From an uncultured Erysipelotrichaceae bacterium (GTDB taxonomy: Bacteria > Bacillota_I > Bacilli_A > RFN20 > CAG-826), in contig CADBIO010000002.1 in NCBI GenBank assembly GCA_902794835.1, forward strand, positions 1 to 48,060: a stretch of DNA of 48,060 nucleotides. The letters run 5' to 3'. Positions within the stretch are counted from its first letter, which is position 1. Each line of letters starts with the position of its first letter. This document shows, piece after piece, positions 33,272 through 43,183 of this stretch. The notes under the pieces were generated by a model, which saw nothing but the letters and a program-made list of their open reading frames with translations, made no database searches and was not told the DNA's origin. The position numbers were made by a program, and so were the translations under genes.

Positions 33272-35956
33272 GTGGCTAACATTATTGAAAAGATATTTCA
33301 TCTTGAAAAACGAGAACTGAACAAATACTATCGCGAATCTGAGCAAGTTTTGGCCTTTGATGAAGCGATGCAGAAGTTGAGTGATGATGAACTTCGCGCG
33401 AAAACCGAAGAATTCAAGGCAAAGCTGAAAAACGGCTCTTCTTTGGAAGACATCAAATACGAAGCTTATGCCGTCGCTCGTGAAGCTGCTTGGCGTGTTT
33501 TACACCAAAAGCCTTTCCAGGTGCAGATTATTGGCTCTTTGGTATTGAATAACGGCGATATTGCCGAAATGAAAACCGGTGAAGGTAAGACCCTTACTGA
33601 AACCATGGCGGTTTATCTTAATGCATTGACTGGCAGAGGCGTCCACGTCATTACCGTTAATGAGTATTTGGCTTCCCGTGACGCCGAGTGGATGGGCCAA
33701 ATCTATCGTTTCTTAGGACTTACTGTCGGCGTTAACCTTGCCTCGAAATCTCCTAGCGAAAAACGCGAAGCTTACGCTTGCGATATCACCTATACGACCA
33801 ACTCAGAGTTGGGTTTCGATTATCTCCGCGACAATATGGCCCCAGACCTTTCTGGCCGCGTTTTGCGAGGCCTTTATTTCTGTGTCGTCGATGAGGCGGA
33901 CTCCGTTTTAATCGATGAATCCCGCACTCCATTGATTATTTCCGGCGGATCAAGAACAGCCGCCTCTCAATACCAAGTCGCCGATCGTTTCGTCAAAGCG
34001 CTGAAGAAAGATGTGGATTTCACCATCGATATCAAAGAAAAGACTTGCTCTTTGACCGATGAAGGCAATACCAAGGCGGAGAGAATGTTTGGCATTCGTA
34101 ATCTCTATGACCCAGAATACCAAGATCTTGTCCATAGAATCCATCAAGCCTTGAAAGCCAACTACATCATGACGCGTGATGTTGAGTATATGGTCGATGC
34201 CGAACATACGATTCAATTGATTGATCAATTCACCGGTCGTATTATGCCAGGGCGTGAATATAATGATGGACTCCAACAAGCCATCCAGGCCAAAGAAGGC
34301 GTGGAAATCAAACAAGAAACCGTCGTCATGGCGACCATCACTTATCAGAATTTCTTCCGTCTTTATGAAAAACTTTCTGGCATGACGGGTACCGCCAAAA
34401 CGGAAGAAGAGGAATTCGAAACCATCTATAACATGAAGGTTATCGTCATCCCGACCAACCGACCGATTCAACGTATTGACGCTTCTGATTATATTTTTGG
34501 AACCCACAAAGAAAAATTGGAGGCCTTGGTCAAAGCAGTGAAAGAAAAACAAGAGATCGGACAACCGGTTTTGATTGGTACGGTCTCCGTCGAATCTAAC
34601 GAAGAAATCTCTGCCTTGCTCACCGCGGCAGGCATCAAACACGAGGTTTTAAATGCGAAAAACCAAGCCCGTGAAGCGGAAATTATCTCTCACGCTGGTG
34701 AAAAAGGCGCAGTAACCTTGGCTACTAACATGGCAGGCCGTGGCACCGATATTAAACTTGGCGAAGGCGTTAAGGAACTCGGTGGCCTTTGCGTTTTTGG
34801 AACCGAACGTCATGAATCTCGACGTATTGATAACCAGCTCCGTGGCCGTTCTGGCCGTCAGGGGGACCCAGGCTTCACCCGTTTCTTCATCTCATTCGAT
34901 GATGAATTGCTCCGTCGCTTTGCCCCAGACAATCTCCGTGAGCAATTCCAAAAGAACGCCGACGGCGAACCGATCGAATCTCGGTTGTTGACTAACGCCG
35001 TTACCAACGCCCAAAAACAAATCGAAGGCAAAAACTTCGACATCCGTAAAAATCTAAAGGATTACGACGATGTTTTGGCCAAACAAAGAGACATCATTTA
35101 CAAGAAACGTGATGCGATTTTAATGGCAGAAGACATTGTTAACATGATTCATGACTTCTTCAAACTGACGGGCCTTTATCTTTGCAAACAAGCACAAGAT
35201 AAGAACTCCAATCTAGACATCATCAACGGCGAACATTTAAAACGTATCGTTGAGCCACAATTTTTGCCCGAAGGCAGCATCGCCGTTTCTGCTTACGATG
35301 GTGCGCCAATCGAAGAGGCGGGAGAAGATTTAGGCGAAATTCTTTATGCACGCTATCTTGAAAAACGTAAGACGTGGCCAGCAGCGGATGCCGACAAAAT
35401 TGAACGGACCATTTCCTTGCGTGTCATCGATCGTAACTGGCAAGGCCACATCGATACAATGTCCCACTTGCGTGATGGCATCAATTTGAGAAGCTATGCC
35501 CAGAAAAACCCACTCCAAGATTATGTTAACGAAGGTTATGACCTCTTCGCGGAAATGAATGAGAAGGCCGCGGTCGATACCTGCTTCAATTTGTTGAATG
35601 TCAGAATCGCCCAAAAAGCTCCTGAAGCCCCAAAACCACAAGAGCAGCCGAAACAGCCAAGCCACGAGCACATTCAGGCTCAACCGCAAGAAGGAAAACC
35701 AATCGGGGCGATTAAACCAGAAAAAATCGTTGTTGCTAGACCAGCAGAAAAAGAACCCACTCCGGCTCCACGTCTCACCAAACCAGACCCATTGCCGCAA
35801 GCAACCCCAGACATGAGCCCGGAGCAACGCTTAAAAATCGCCGAAGGTAACTTACGTCGTGCCAATCGCGAATTAATCGGTGATGAAGCCTATGGCAAAA
35901 TCATCCGAGAATACAATGACGCTGTCGCCGCCGTGGAAGCGGCTCAGAAAAAATAA
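33272..35956 (+). CDS. secA: Protein translocase subunit SecA
   Basis: MKTGEGKT, DEADSVLIDE, ATNMAGRGTDI, ESRRIDNQLRGRSGRQGDPG; GTG start with AGGAG SD. Confidence 0.99.
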   Translation: MANIIEKIFHLEKRELNKYYRESEQVLAFDEAMQKLSDDELRAKTEEFKAKLKNGSSLEDIKYEAYAVAREAAWRVLHQKPFQVQIIGSLVLNNGDIAEMKTGEGKTLTETMAVYLNALTGRGVHVITVNEYLASRDAEWMGQIYRFLGLTVGVNLASKSPSEKREAYACDITYTTNSELGFDYLRDNMAPDLSGRVLRGLYFCVVDEADSVLIDESRTPLIISGGSRTAASQYQVADRFVKALKKDVDFTIDIKEKTCSLTDEGNTKAERMFGIRNLYDPEYQDLVHRIHQALKANYIMTRDVEYMVDAEHTIQLIDQFTGRIMPGREYNDGLQQAIQAKEGVEIKQETVVMATITYQNFFRLYEKLSGMTGTAKTEEEEFETIYNMKVIVIPTNRPIQRIDASDYIFGTHKEKLEALVKAVKEKQEIGQPVLIGTVSVESNEEISALLTAAGIKHEVLNAKNQAREAEIISHAGEKGAVTLATNMAGRGTDIKLGEGVKELGGLCVFGTERHESRRIDNQLRGRSGRQGDPGFTRFFISFDDELLRRFAPDNLREQFQKNADGEPIESRLLTNAVTNAQKQIEGKNFDIRKNLKDYDDVLAKQRDIIYKKRDAILMAEDIVNMIHDFFKLTGLYLCKQAQDKNSNLDIINGEHLKRIVEPQFLPEGSIAVSAYDGAPIEEAGEDLGEILYARYLEKRKTWPAADADKIERTISLRVIDRNWQGHIDTMSHLRDGINLRSYAQKNPLQDYVNEGYDLFAEMNEKAAVDTCFNLLNVRIAQKAPEAPKPQEQPKQPSHEHIQAQPQEGKPIGAIKPEKIVVARPAEKEPTPAPRLTKPDPLPQATPDMSPEQRLKIAEGNLRRANRELIGDEAYGKIIREYNDAVAAVEAAQKK

Positions 35957-35969
35957 GAAAAGGAATAGT

Positions 35970-37086
35970 ATGAAAGAGCTAGTCGAATTAAAACAAGAAG
36001 CCCAGGAAATCGGGAAACTTGTCTCGCAGCTCGGTGGTTCTCTTTGACCTCCCAAAGCTGAAAGATGAGATTGCCTCCCTTACAGAGGAGCAAAACAAAG
36101 AAGATTTTTGGAATGACCAGAAAGCTGCTTTAGCCGTTGTCGATCGTCTCAATGACGCCAAATATAAAGTCGACACTTACGCAACCATTCAAAGCGACTT
36201 CGAAGGTGTCAGCCTTCTTCTCGAAGATGCCGACGCCGATTCGCCAGATATGCGAGAATTAATTGAAGAGACGGAAAATTCTTTAAAAAAGAAAATCCAC
36301 GAACTCCGCAACGATCTCTTATTCAATGGCGAATATGATAGCCTCAACGCCACATTAGAAGTTCACCCAGGAGCTGGCGGCACGGAAGCACAAGATTGGG
36401 CTGACATGCTTTTTAGGATGTATGGCCGTTGGGCAGAAAAACATCATTTCAAATGGCAAGTCTATTCTTATGAAAACGGGGATGAAGCCGGATTGAAATC
36501 CGCGATGGTCAAAATCAGCGGGAAAAATGTTTATGGTTTATTAAAAGGAGAGAAAGGCGTTCATCGCTTGGTTCGTATTTCCCCTTTTGACGCCAACGCC
36601 AGAAGACACACCTCTTTTGCCTCAGTGAACGTCGTTCCAGAATTTGGCAAAGTAGCAGATGTCGTCATTGATCCAAAAGATCTCCGTGTCGATACCTTCC
36701 GCAGCGGTGGTGCCGGCGGTCAAAACGTCAATAAAGTTTCCTCTGCCGTCCGTATCACCCACATCCCAACCGGCATCGTTGTCTCTTGCGAGATTGAGCG
36801 TTCCCAACTTTTTAACAAACAAACCTGCATGGAGATGCTCGCCGACAAACTCATGCAGCGAAAAATCGAGGAACGGGATGCCCAAATGAAATCCATCGTA
36901 GGCGAGCAAAAAAATATTGAATGGGGTTCTCAAATCCGTTCCTATGTCTTCTGCCCTTATACTATGGTCAAAGATCACCGCACCGAATTCCAGACTGCCG
37001 ATGTCAACGGCGTCATGGATGGCGACATCGATGATTTCGTTTATTCCTATCTAGAGATGCTCGCAAGAACCGGAAAACAAAGTTGA
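35970..37086 (+). CDS. prfB: Peptide chain release factor 2, with programmed +1 frameshift
   Basis: ATG 35970 gives MKELVELKQEAQEIGKLVSQLGGSL then CTT TGA C; the +1 frame continues DLPK... with SPF and GGQ motifs. Confidence 0.96.
36033..36048 (+). promoter_or_regulatory. RF2 autoregulatory frameshift site
   Basis: GGTGGT-TCT-CTT-TGA-C (internal SD-like element, 3-nt spacer, slippery codon). Confidence 0.93.
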
Positions 37087-37096
37087 GGAGGATAAC

Positions 37097-38122
37097 ATGG
37101 ATGCTCAGATGAGAAAAATGGTCCGATCACCGCATTACCAAAGGGCTAAGGATATTTTGTTGATCCTTGTCGGATGCGTTCTTTTCGCTTTTGGCGATGC
37201 CGTTTTTCTTAATAAATGGGACATCGTTTCTGGCGGCGTTTCTTCTCTTGGCATCATCGTTGACTATTTTGTTGAGCCTTTGACTGGGTTCGGCATCAGA
37301 GATATCGTCGTTGCGGTCGCTCAGGTTGTCCTCTGGATCCTCGGGCTGGTATTTATGGGCAAAAAATTTGCTCTAAAGACCTTAGTTGCAATGATTGCCT
37401 ATCCAGCTTTCTATGCTTTGTTTTATCGTTTAGATTTAGGCGCCGTTCTTGGGTTAGGTCTTTTATATCCATCCGTCGGGGGCGCATCGTTAAGTTCATA
37501 TGAATTGTTGTCGACCGATGTTGGCAATTTAATGATTTGTGCCGCAATCGGCGGTGCTTTAGATGGTGTGGCCGTGGGAATGGCCTTTTTAGGGCACGCC
37601 TCAACTGGAGGCTTTGCGATTGTCTCCAGCATCTTGGCGAAATTCACCGCGATGAAAGAAGATGTTTCCAGTTTCTTAATCGACAGCGTTTTAATTCTTA
37701 TCTCTGCTTTAGCTCGTTTGAATCAGCCTAGCATTGGCATCTATGTTCTTGGCGGCATCATCTCCGCTTTGGTTTGCTCGATGGCGATTCAAGCGGTTTA
37801 TATCAATGCCGATCGTTTTGTCATTGCCGACGTCGTATCAGACCAATATGAAGAGATTGCCAAATTCGTCTATAACGAATTAGACCACAGTGTTACTTTA
37901 TTTGATGCTGTCGGCGGCTATACAGGCGAAAACCGTAAAATGATGCGAATCGTCATCAATAAATCCGAACAACTGGATTTAGAGAATAAGATTGCAGAAA
38001 TCGATCCATCAGCCTTCGTTTCCTTTACGAAAGCCAAATCCATCAACGGCGAAGGCTTTGTGCCTCTCCCGAAAATCAAAAAAGAAAAGAAACATAAGAC
38101 GGGAGACAAGGAACATGATTGA
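37097..38122 (+). CDS. YitT family membrane protein
   Basis: IVSGGVSSL, ASTGG, GGYTGE, IDPSAFV...INGEGF. Confidence 0.9.
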   Translation: MDAQMRKMVRSPHYQRAKDILLILVGCVLFAFGDAVFLNKWDIVSGGVSSLGIIVDYFVEPLTGFGIRDIVVAVAQVVLWILGLVFMGKKFALKTLVAMIAYPAFYALFYRLDLGAVLGLGLLYPSVGGASLSSYELLSTDVGNLMICAAIGGALDGVAVGMAFLGHASTGGFAIVSSILAKFTAMKEDVSSFLIDSVLILISALARLNQPSIGIYVLGGIISALVCSMAIQAVYINADRFVIADVVSDQYEEIAKFVYNELDHSVTLFDAVGGYTGENRKMMRIVINKSEQLDLENKIAEIDPSAFVSFTKAKSINGEGFVPLPKIKKEKKHKTGDKEHD

Positions 38123-40106
38123 TTCTTCTCATCCGTTCAAACTAGTTTCAAAATTCAAGCCAACGGGGGATCAACCCCAAGCCATCGAACAAGTTCTTAA
38201 AGGAGTGCGCGAAGGAAAACAATTTCAAGTTATCAAAGGGGCCACGGGCACGGGAAAGACTTTTACTGACGCTAATATTGTCGCGGCCCTGAATCGTCCG
38301 ACTCTTGTTTTGGTTCATAACAAAACTCTAGCCTCACAGCTTTATGGGGAATTCAAAGAACTATTTCCTGAGAATCGCGTCGAATATTTCGTCTCTAACT
38401 TCGATTTTTATCAACCAGAAGCCTACGTTCCGAAAACTGACACCTATATCGCCAAAGATGCGATGATGAACGACGAGATTGAGCAATTACGTACCAGTGC
38501 GGTCAATTCGATCCTTGAACGTCGTGATACGATTGTCGTAGCTTCTGTTGCTGCCATTTATGGTTTGACCGATCCGGCCGAATATAGTGGCCTTGTTTTT
38601 GAAATTCGCGAAGGGGAAACCTTGGATCGAAAGAAATTTTTCGCCCGCCTTGTCGATTCTCAATATTCGCGGAACAACTTCGATCTGAATCCAGGCAATT
38701 TCCGCGTTCATGGCGACATCATTGACATCTGTCCTATGGCGCCTAGCGATTATTACATCCGTATTGATTGTTTTGGGGATGAAGTGGAACGAATTTCCGA
38801 GATTGACAAAACGACGGGGGAATTCCATCGTTCCTACCGCACCTATGCCATCTATCCAGCCTATGACCACGCCTCGACTCGTGCCAGAATCAATATTGCC
38901 TGTGAGTCGATTTCGAAAGAATTAGATACACGTCTAGCCTATTTTAAGAAAGAAGGCAAACTTTTAGAGGCTGAGCGTCTCGAAATGAGAACCAGGCAAG
39001 ATATGGAATCCTTACAAGAATTCGGCCGTTGTCCCGGAATTGAAAATTACTCCGCCCACATTGATCAACGTAAACCTGGGCAAAGACCCTTTTGCTTAAT
39101 CGATTATTTCCCCAAAGATTATCTCCTTCTGGTAGACGAATCCCACGTTACCTTCCCTCAAATACGGGGCATGTATTTTGGCGATCGTTCTAGAAAAGAA
39201 ACTCTTGTGGAATATGGCTTCCGTCTTCCCAGCGCTTTGGATAATCGCCCTTTGAATTTTGACGAATTTGAACGCCTGATGCCTGCCAACGTGATTTGCA
39301 CCTCGGCTACGCCAGGTGATTATGAATTGAATCAGGCTGATGGAGAAGTGGTAGAACAAGTCATTCGTCCTACCGGCTTGCTCGATCCAGTCATCGAAGT
39401 TAGAAAGCCGCTCGGACAAATCGATGACATCATGCAAGAAATCAAGCAACGGATCGAAAAAAACGAACGTGTGATGATTGTTACTTTGACCATCCGTATG
39501 GCCGAAGATCTTACGGCATACCTTAAAGGGCAAGGAATTAAGGTCACTTATCTTCAAAATGAGACCAAGACCTTAGAACGCACGGAGATTATCTATCAAT
39601 TAAGAAAAGGAAAATACGATGTCCTGGTCGGCATCAATTTGTTAAGAGAAGGCTTAGACATTCCAGAAGTTTCTTTGATTTGCATTTTAGATGCAGACAA
39701 AGAAGGATTCTTACGTTCGAAGACCTCCTTAATCCAAATCACAGGACGCGCCGCCCGTAACGCCCATGGCAAAGTTATCATGTACGCCGATATTATCACG
39801 GATTCAATGGCGGCCTGTATCCATGAAACGAATCGCCGTCGGAGAATCCAAAACGAATATAATGAAGAAAACGGCATCATTCCAACAACGATCATCAAAG
39901 ACATCCGCCCTCCGCTTTCCAATAGCGACAGCGAGGAAGAGGAAATCACGAAACACATCAACAAAAAAGCCTCCCGCAAAGATTTGGAAACGCAAATCAA
40001 AAAGCTGGAGAAAGAAATGCGCGAAGCTGCCAAAGCCTATGATTTTGAACGGGCGGCTGAGATTCGTGACATTATCTTAGATTTGAGAACGGGCATGAAC
40101 CAATGA
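38115..40106 (+). CDS. uvrB: Excinuclease ABC subunit B
   Basis: PTGDQP, GATGTGKT, HNKTLASQL, FYQPEAY, DESH, GINLLREGLD, UVR domain; start ATG 38115. Confidence 0.98.
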   Translation: MIDSSHPFKLVSKFKPTGDQPQAIEQVLKGVREGKQFQVIKGATGTGKTFTDANIVAALNRPTLVLVHNKTLASQLYGEFKELFPENRVEYFVSNFDFYQPEAYVPKTDTYIAKDAMMNDEIEQLRTSAVNSILERRDTIVVASVAAIYGLTDPAEYSGLVFEIREGETLDRKKFFARLVDSQYSRNNFDLNPGNFRVHGDIIDICPMAPSDYYIRIDCFGDEVERISEIDKTTGEFHRSYRTYAIYPAYDHASTRARINIACESISKELDTRLAYFKKEGKLLEAERLEMRTRQDMESLQEFGRCPGIENYSAHIDQRKPGQRPFCLIDYFPKDYLLLVDESHVTFPQIRGMYFGDRSRKETLVEYGFRLPSALDNRPLNFDEFERLMPANVICTSATPGDYELNQADGEVVEQVIRPTGLLDPVIEVRKPLGQIDDIMQEIKQRIEKNERVMIVTLTIRMAEDLTAYLKGQGIKVTYLQNETKTLERTEIIYQLRKGKYDVLVGINLLREGLDIPEVSLICILDADKEGFLRSKTSLIQITGRAARNAHGKVIMYADIITDSMAACIHETNRRRRIQNEYNEENGIIPTTIIKDIRPPLSNSDSEEEEITKHINKKASRKDLETQIKKLEKEMREAAKAYDFERAAEIRDIILDLRTGMNQ

Positions 40107-40732
40107 AACATTACGACTATTATTATTTTGATTTTGACGGCACTTTGGTCGATACTTGGAAATCTTTGATTCGCCCCTTCCAGGTTGCTTATGGGCATTT
40201 TGGCTATCAACTCACCCCTAGCGACGTGCTTCACTTTACTCATATGGCGATGGTTCAATCCTGCCTTGAAGTCGGCATCACCAAAGAAGAGGATATGTTG
40301 ACGTTATATCAAATTCTTTCGGAAGAAATGAAAAACGAAGAAGATCTGAAGAAAATCGAAGTCTTCCCAGAAGTTTCAGAAGTTCTCGCCACCCTCAAAA
40401 AGAACGACAAAAAGATCGCTGTGGTCTCTGGCAACTCCGTCACCCATATCGGCCGTGTATTAAAAATCATCGGATTGGACCAATATTTCGATTTCTATGT
40501 CGGTGGCGACAGCACGAAAAACCCCAAGCCTTTTGCCGATCCCTTGTTGAAGGCGATGGAACTTTCAGGCAACCCATTAAAGGAAGCGTGTCTTTATATT
40601 GGAGATTCTCTGCAAGACCCAGAATGTGCAAAAAATGCGGGAATCGATGGCTTTTTATTGGACCGCAAAAATGAATACGCTAAGGAGAAGTGGCCCATCA
40701 TTCATAATCTCAAGGAGCTTTTAAATGACTGA
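40103..40732 (+). CDS. HAD-superfamily hydrolase (Gph/PpaX-like)
   Basis: FDFDGTLVD, KP, YIGDSLQD. Confidence 0.9.
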   Translation: MKHYDYYYFDFDGTLVDTWKSLIRPFQVAYGHFGYQLTPSDVLHFTHMAMVQSCLEVGITKEEDMLTLYQILSEEMKNEEDLKKIEVFPEVSEVLATLKKNDKKIAVVSGNSVTHIGRVLKIIGLDQYFDFYVGGDSTKNPKPFADPLLKAMELSGNPLKEACLYIGDSLQDPECAKNAGIDGFLLDRKNEYAKEKWPIIHNLKELLND

Positions 40733-41570
40733 GACCTCCCCGATTTGTATTCTTTGCTCAGCCGACTCCCATTGTTTCGATGGCGCCCTTATCACTTTGC
40801 TTTCAGCTCAAAAAGAAACGAAGCGCCCACTGCACATCTTTTTCGTGACTGGGGAGATCAAAATTAAGAAAAAACAATATCACGCCCTGCCTGAATCTGA
40901 CTTAAAATTCATCGAATCTCAACTTCAGCGTTACAACAAAAATGCTAAAATCACTTGCCTAGATTGGACGAACGAATTAATTGAAAAATTACATAAATCC
41001 AAAAGTTTCAAAACTCGATTTTCGCCTTTCTCGATGATGCGTCTTTTAGCTGATTTCCACCCGGAATTAGGGGACAGGGTCCTTTATATGGACATTGATG
41101 TCGTTGTCACTGGGGATTTAGAACAAATTTTTGATTGCGATCTAGAAGGAAATGATGTCGGTATGGTAAGGGATGAAGTCGGAAGCCATTGGCTGGGGAA
41201 AAATTATTGCAACAGCGGCGTCATCTTAATGGATTTAAAACGGTTAAGAGAAAACCATGACTTCGATTTGGTCCGTAAAAAATTGATCAAGAACTTTTAT
41301 TTCATGCCAGATCAGACGGCGATTAATCGCGCTTTGAAAAACAAAAAGAAAATCATGTCACCCAGATTTAATGACCAACATTATTTGCATGAAGATACGG
41401 TGATTCGCCATTATTGCCAATGGATCAAATTTTCCCAATTTTTCCGGAACGTCGCGAAAAAACCTTGGGATGTTGAAGCGTTTCGGAAATGCTATGGGCC
41501 AGAAATTCATCGCGACATCATCGAAGAATATTTAGCTTTAAAAGAGGAGTACGCAAAGATAAAATCTTGA
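40725..41570 (+). CDS. Glycosyltransferase family 8
   Basis: VLYMDID, NSGVILMDL, DQTAIN, HY..KKPW. Confidence 0.88.
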   Translation: MTETSPICILCSADSHCFDGALITLLSAQKETKRPLHIFFVTGEIKIKKKQYHALPESDLKFIESQLQRYNKNAKITCLDWTNELIEKLHKSKSFKTRFSPFSMMRLLADFHPELGDRVLYMDIDVVVTGDLEQIFDCDLEGNDVGMVRDEVGSHWLGKNYCNSGVILMDLKRLRENHDFDLVRKKLIKNFYFMPDQTAINRALKNKKKIMSPRFNDQHYLHEDTVIRHYCQWIKFSQFFRNVAKKPWDVEAFRKCYGPEIHRDIIEEYLALKEEYAKIKS

Positions 41571-41643
41571 TAATCTTTCATTGATAAAAAAGCGTTTCTA
41601 TAATAAAGTTATAGAGCGTTTTGAAAGAGCGCATCTTATTGAT

Positions 41644-41946
41644 ATGAAGTGGTACGATATTGTCTTTATCATCATAGCCCTGATCGTGATCGTCTTGAGC
41701 CTTCTTCAAGGCGGTAAATCTGAAGGTGCTTCCGGCGCCATCACCGGCGGTGGTCTCAACGTCTTCGCCAAAACTAAGGAAAGAGGGTCTGAGAAAATTA
41801 TTTCATGGATGACCTTCGGCTTTGCCGTCGTCTTCTTGTTTATGGCGTTGCTCATTATGTTGCTGAATTCCCGTGGCAGCGCACCAGCAGATTCGACTGA
41901 CTCCGCAACAGCGGCAATGGCTATCATCCCGTTATTAGGCTTCTAA
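41644..41946 (+). CDS. secG: Preprotein translocase subunit SecG
   Basis: LLQGGKSEGASGAITGG...KERG.EK between two TM helices; start ATG 41644. Confidence 0.9.
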   Translation: MKWYDIVFIIIALIVIVLSLLQGGKSEGASGAITGGGLNVFAKTKERGSEKIISWMTFGFAVVFLFMALLIMLLNSRGSAPADSTDSATAAMAIIPLLGF

Positions 41947-41962
41947 GCAGAACATGAATTTG

Positions 41963-41992
41963 AATCCCTTCTCGCAAGGGATTTTTCTTTTG
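41963..41992 (+). terminator. Terminator of secG
   Basis: AATCCCTT-ctcgc-AAGGGATTTTTCTTTT. Confidence 0.85.
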
Positions 41993-42030
41993 GTGCAATC
42001 ATAAACAAGAAGGGCTAAAATGAGCCCAAG

Positions 42031-42837
42031 GTGAAAACGATGACGATTAAAGAATATGTTGCTGCCCGCAAGGCAGCTTTAAAAGAGGAAATTGCTTCTC
42101 TTCCCAAAGTCCCAACCCTTTCGATTATCACAGTCGGGCACAATCCCGCATCAGAGGCGTATGTTCGAGGCAAGAAGAAGGATGCCGCCGAAATCGGAAT
42201 TAACGCAGTTCAGACTTTGTTTGAAGAAAACATCGCCGAAGAAGAGCTTCTCTCTTTTATTCGCAAACAAAACGACGACCCTGCTATTGATGGGATTATC
42301 GTCCAATTGCCTGTCCCTAAACACATCTCGGTCGAGAAGATCAATTTGACGGTTTCCCCGGCAAAAGATGTTGATGGTTTTACCGCTTTAAGTCAGTTTG
42401 ACCCTTGCACCCCCAAAGGCATTATCAATTATCTCACCGCAGAAGGCTTCCCATTCCGAGGAAAGAACGCTGTCGTGCTGGGGCGTTCGGAAATCGTTGG
42501 CAAACCAATGGCAAGATTATTATTGGAACGGGACTGCAACGTCGTCCAGCTTCACAGCAAAACCACGGAAGAGGATAAACGTTTCTACATGAAACACGCC
42601 GATTTAATCGTCTCTGCCATTGGGAGAATGTTTTTATGGGATGCCTCTTATGAATTCAAACCGACGGCATATCTTGTAGATGTCGGAATCAATCGCGGAG
42701 AAGATGGACATCTTCATGGCGATTTTGTTCCTAATCTTCCCGTTGCTTTGCAAACTCCGGTGCCAGGCGGCGTCGGATTGTTGACGAGATTGGCTCTATT
42801 AGAGAATTTGATGGAAGCAGTACGTAAAGAAAAATAA
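42031..42837 (+). CDS. folD: Methylenetetrahydrofolate dehydrogenase/cyclohydrolase
   Basis: YVRGK, GIIVQLP, KDVDG, PCTP, GRSEIVGKP, DVGIN, TPVPGGVG. Confidence 0.96.
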   Translation: MKTMTIKEYVAARKAALKEEIASLPKVPTLSIITVGHNPASEAYVRGKKKDAAEIGINAVQTLFEENIAEEELLSFIRKQNDDPAIDGIIVQLPVPKHISVEKINLTVSPAKDVDGFTALSQFDPCTPKGIINYLTAEGFPFRGKNAVVLGRSEIVGKPMARLLLERDCNVVQLHSKTTEEDKRFYMKHADLIVSAIGRMFLWDASYEFKPTAYLVDVGINRGEDGHLHGDFVPNLPVALQTPVPGGVGLLTRLALLENLMEAVRKEK

Positions 42838-42839
42838 TG

Positions 42840-42870
42840 AAATTGCGACCACCGGTTGCAATTTTTCTTT
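42840..42870. terminator. Terminator between convergent folD and yolD-like gene
   Basis: AAATTGCGACC-acc-GGTTGCAATTTTTT. Confidence 0.75.
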
Positions 42871-43183
42871 AATCATTATCGGGATATAAATCTGTTAACT
42901 GTCGGAAATAAATCTCCTCGCCCCCTATTCTTAAATATCCATAAATCGTGGACACTTCTTCAAGGTAGCCGTGAATGGCATAAATATAGCCATCATGCCA
43001 ATAACGAGCGACGATTTTCTCTCCTTTGTAATTGGTGAGCAAATCATTAATTTCCTCAGCTTTGTCATTGGACATTTGAGGGCAAGGTCGTTTATTTCTT
43101 TCATAATCCATGCGAGCTAAAAAATCCGCTTGTTGATCCAATGATTTGTAAGGAGCCCATTTTAACATTCCGCGATCTTTCAT
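42869..43183 (-). CDS. YolD-like protein
   Basis: DRGMLKWAPY signature; ATGA-coupled to Y-family polymerase. Confidence 0.85.
   Translation of the reverse strand: MKDRGMLKWAPYKSLDQQADFLARMDYERNKRPCPQMSNDKAEEINDLLTNYKGEKIVARYWHDGYIYAIHGYLEEVSTIYGYLRIGGEEIYFRQLTDLYPDND

Noticed and set aside
33950-34642. 230-aa antisense ORF and other shadow ORFs
   Set aside because: They lie opposite well-supported genes such as secA and are explained by codon bias.
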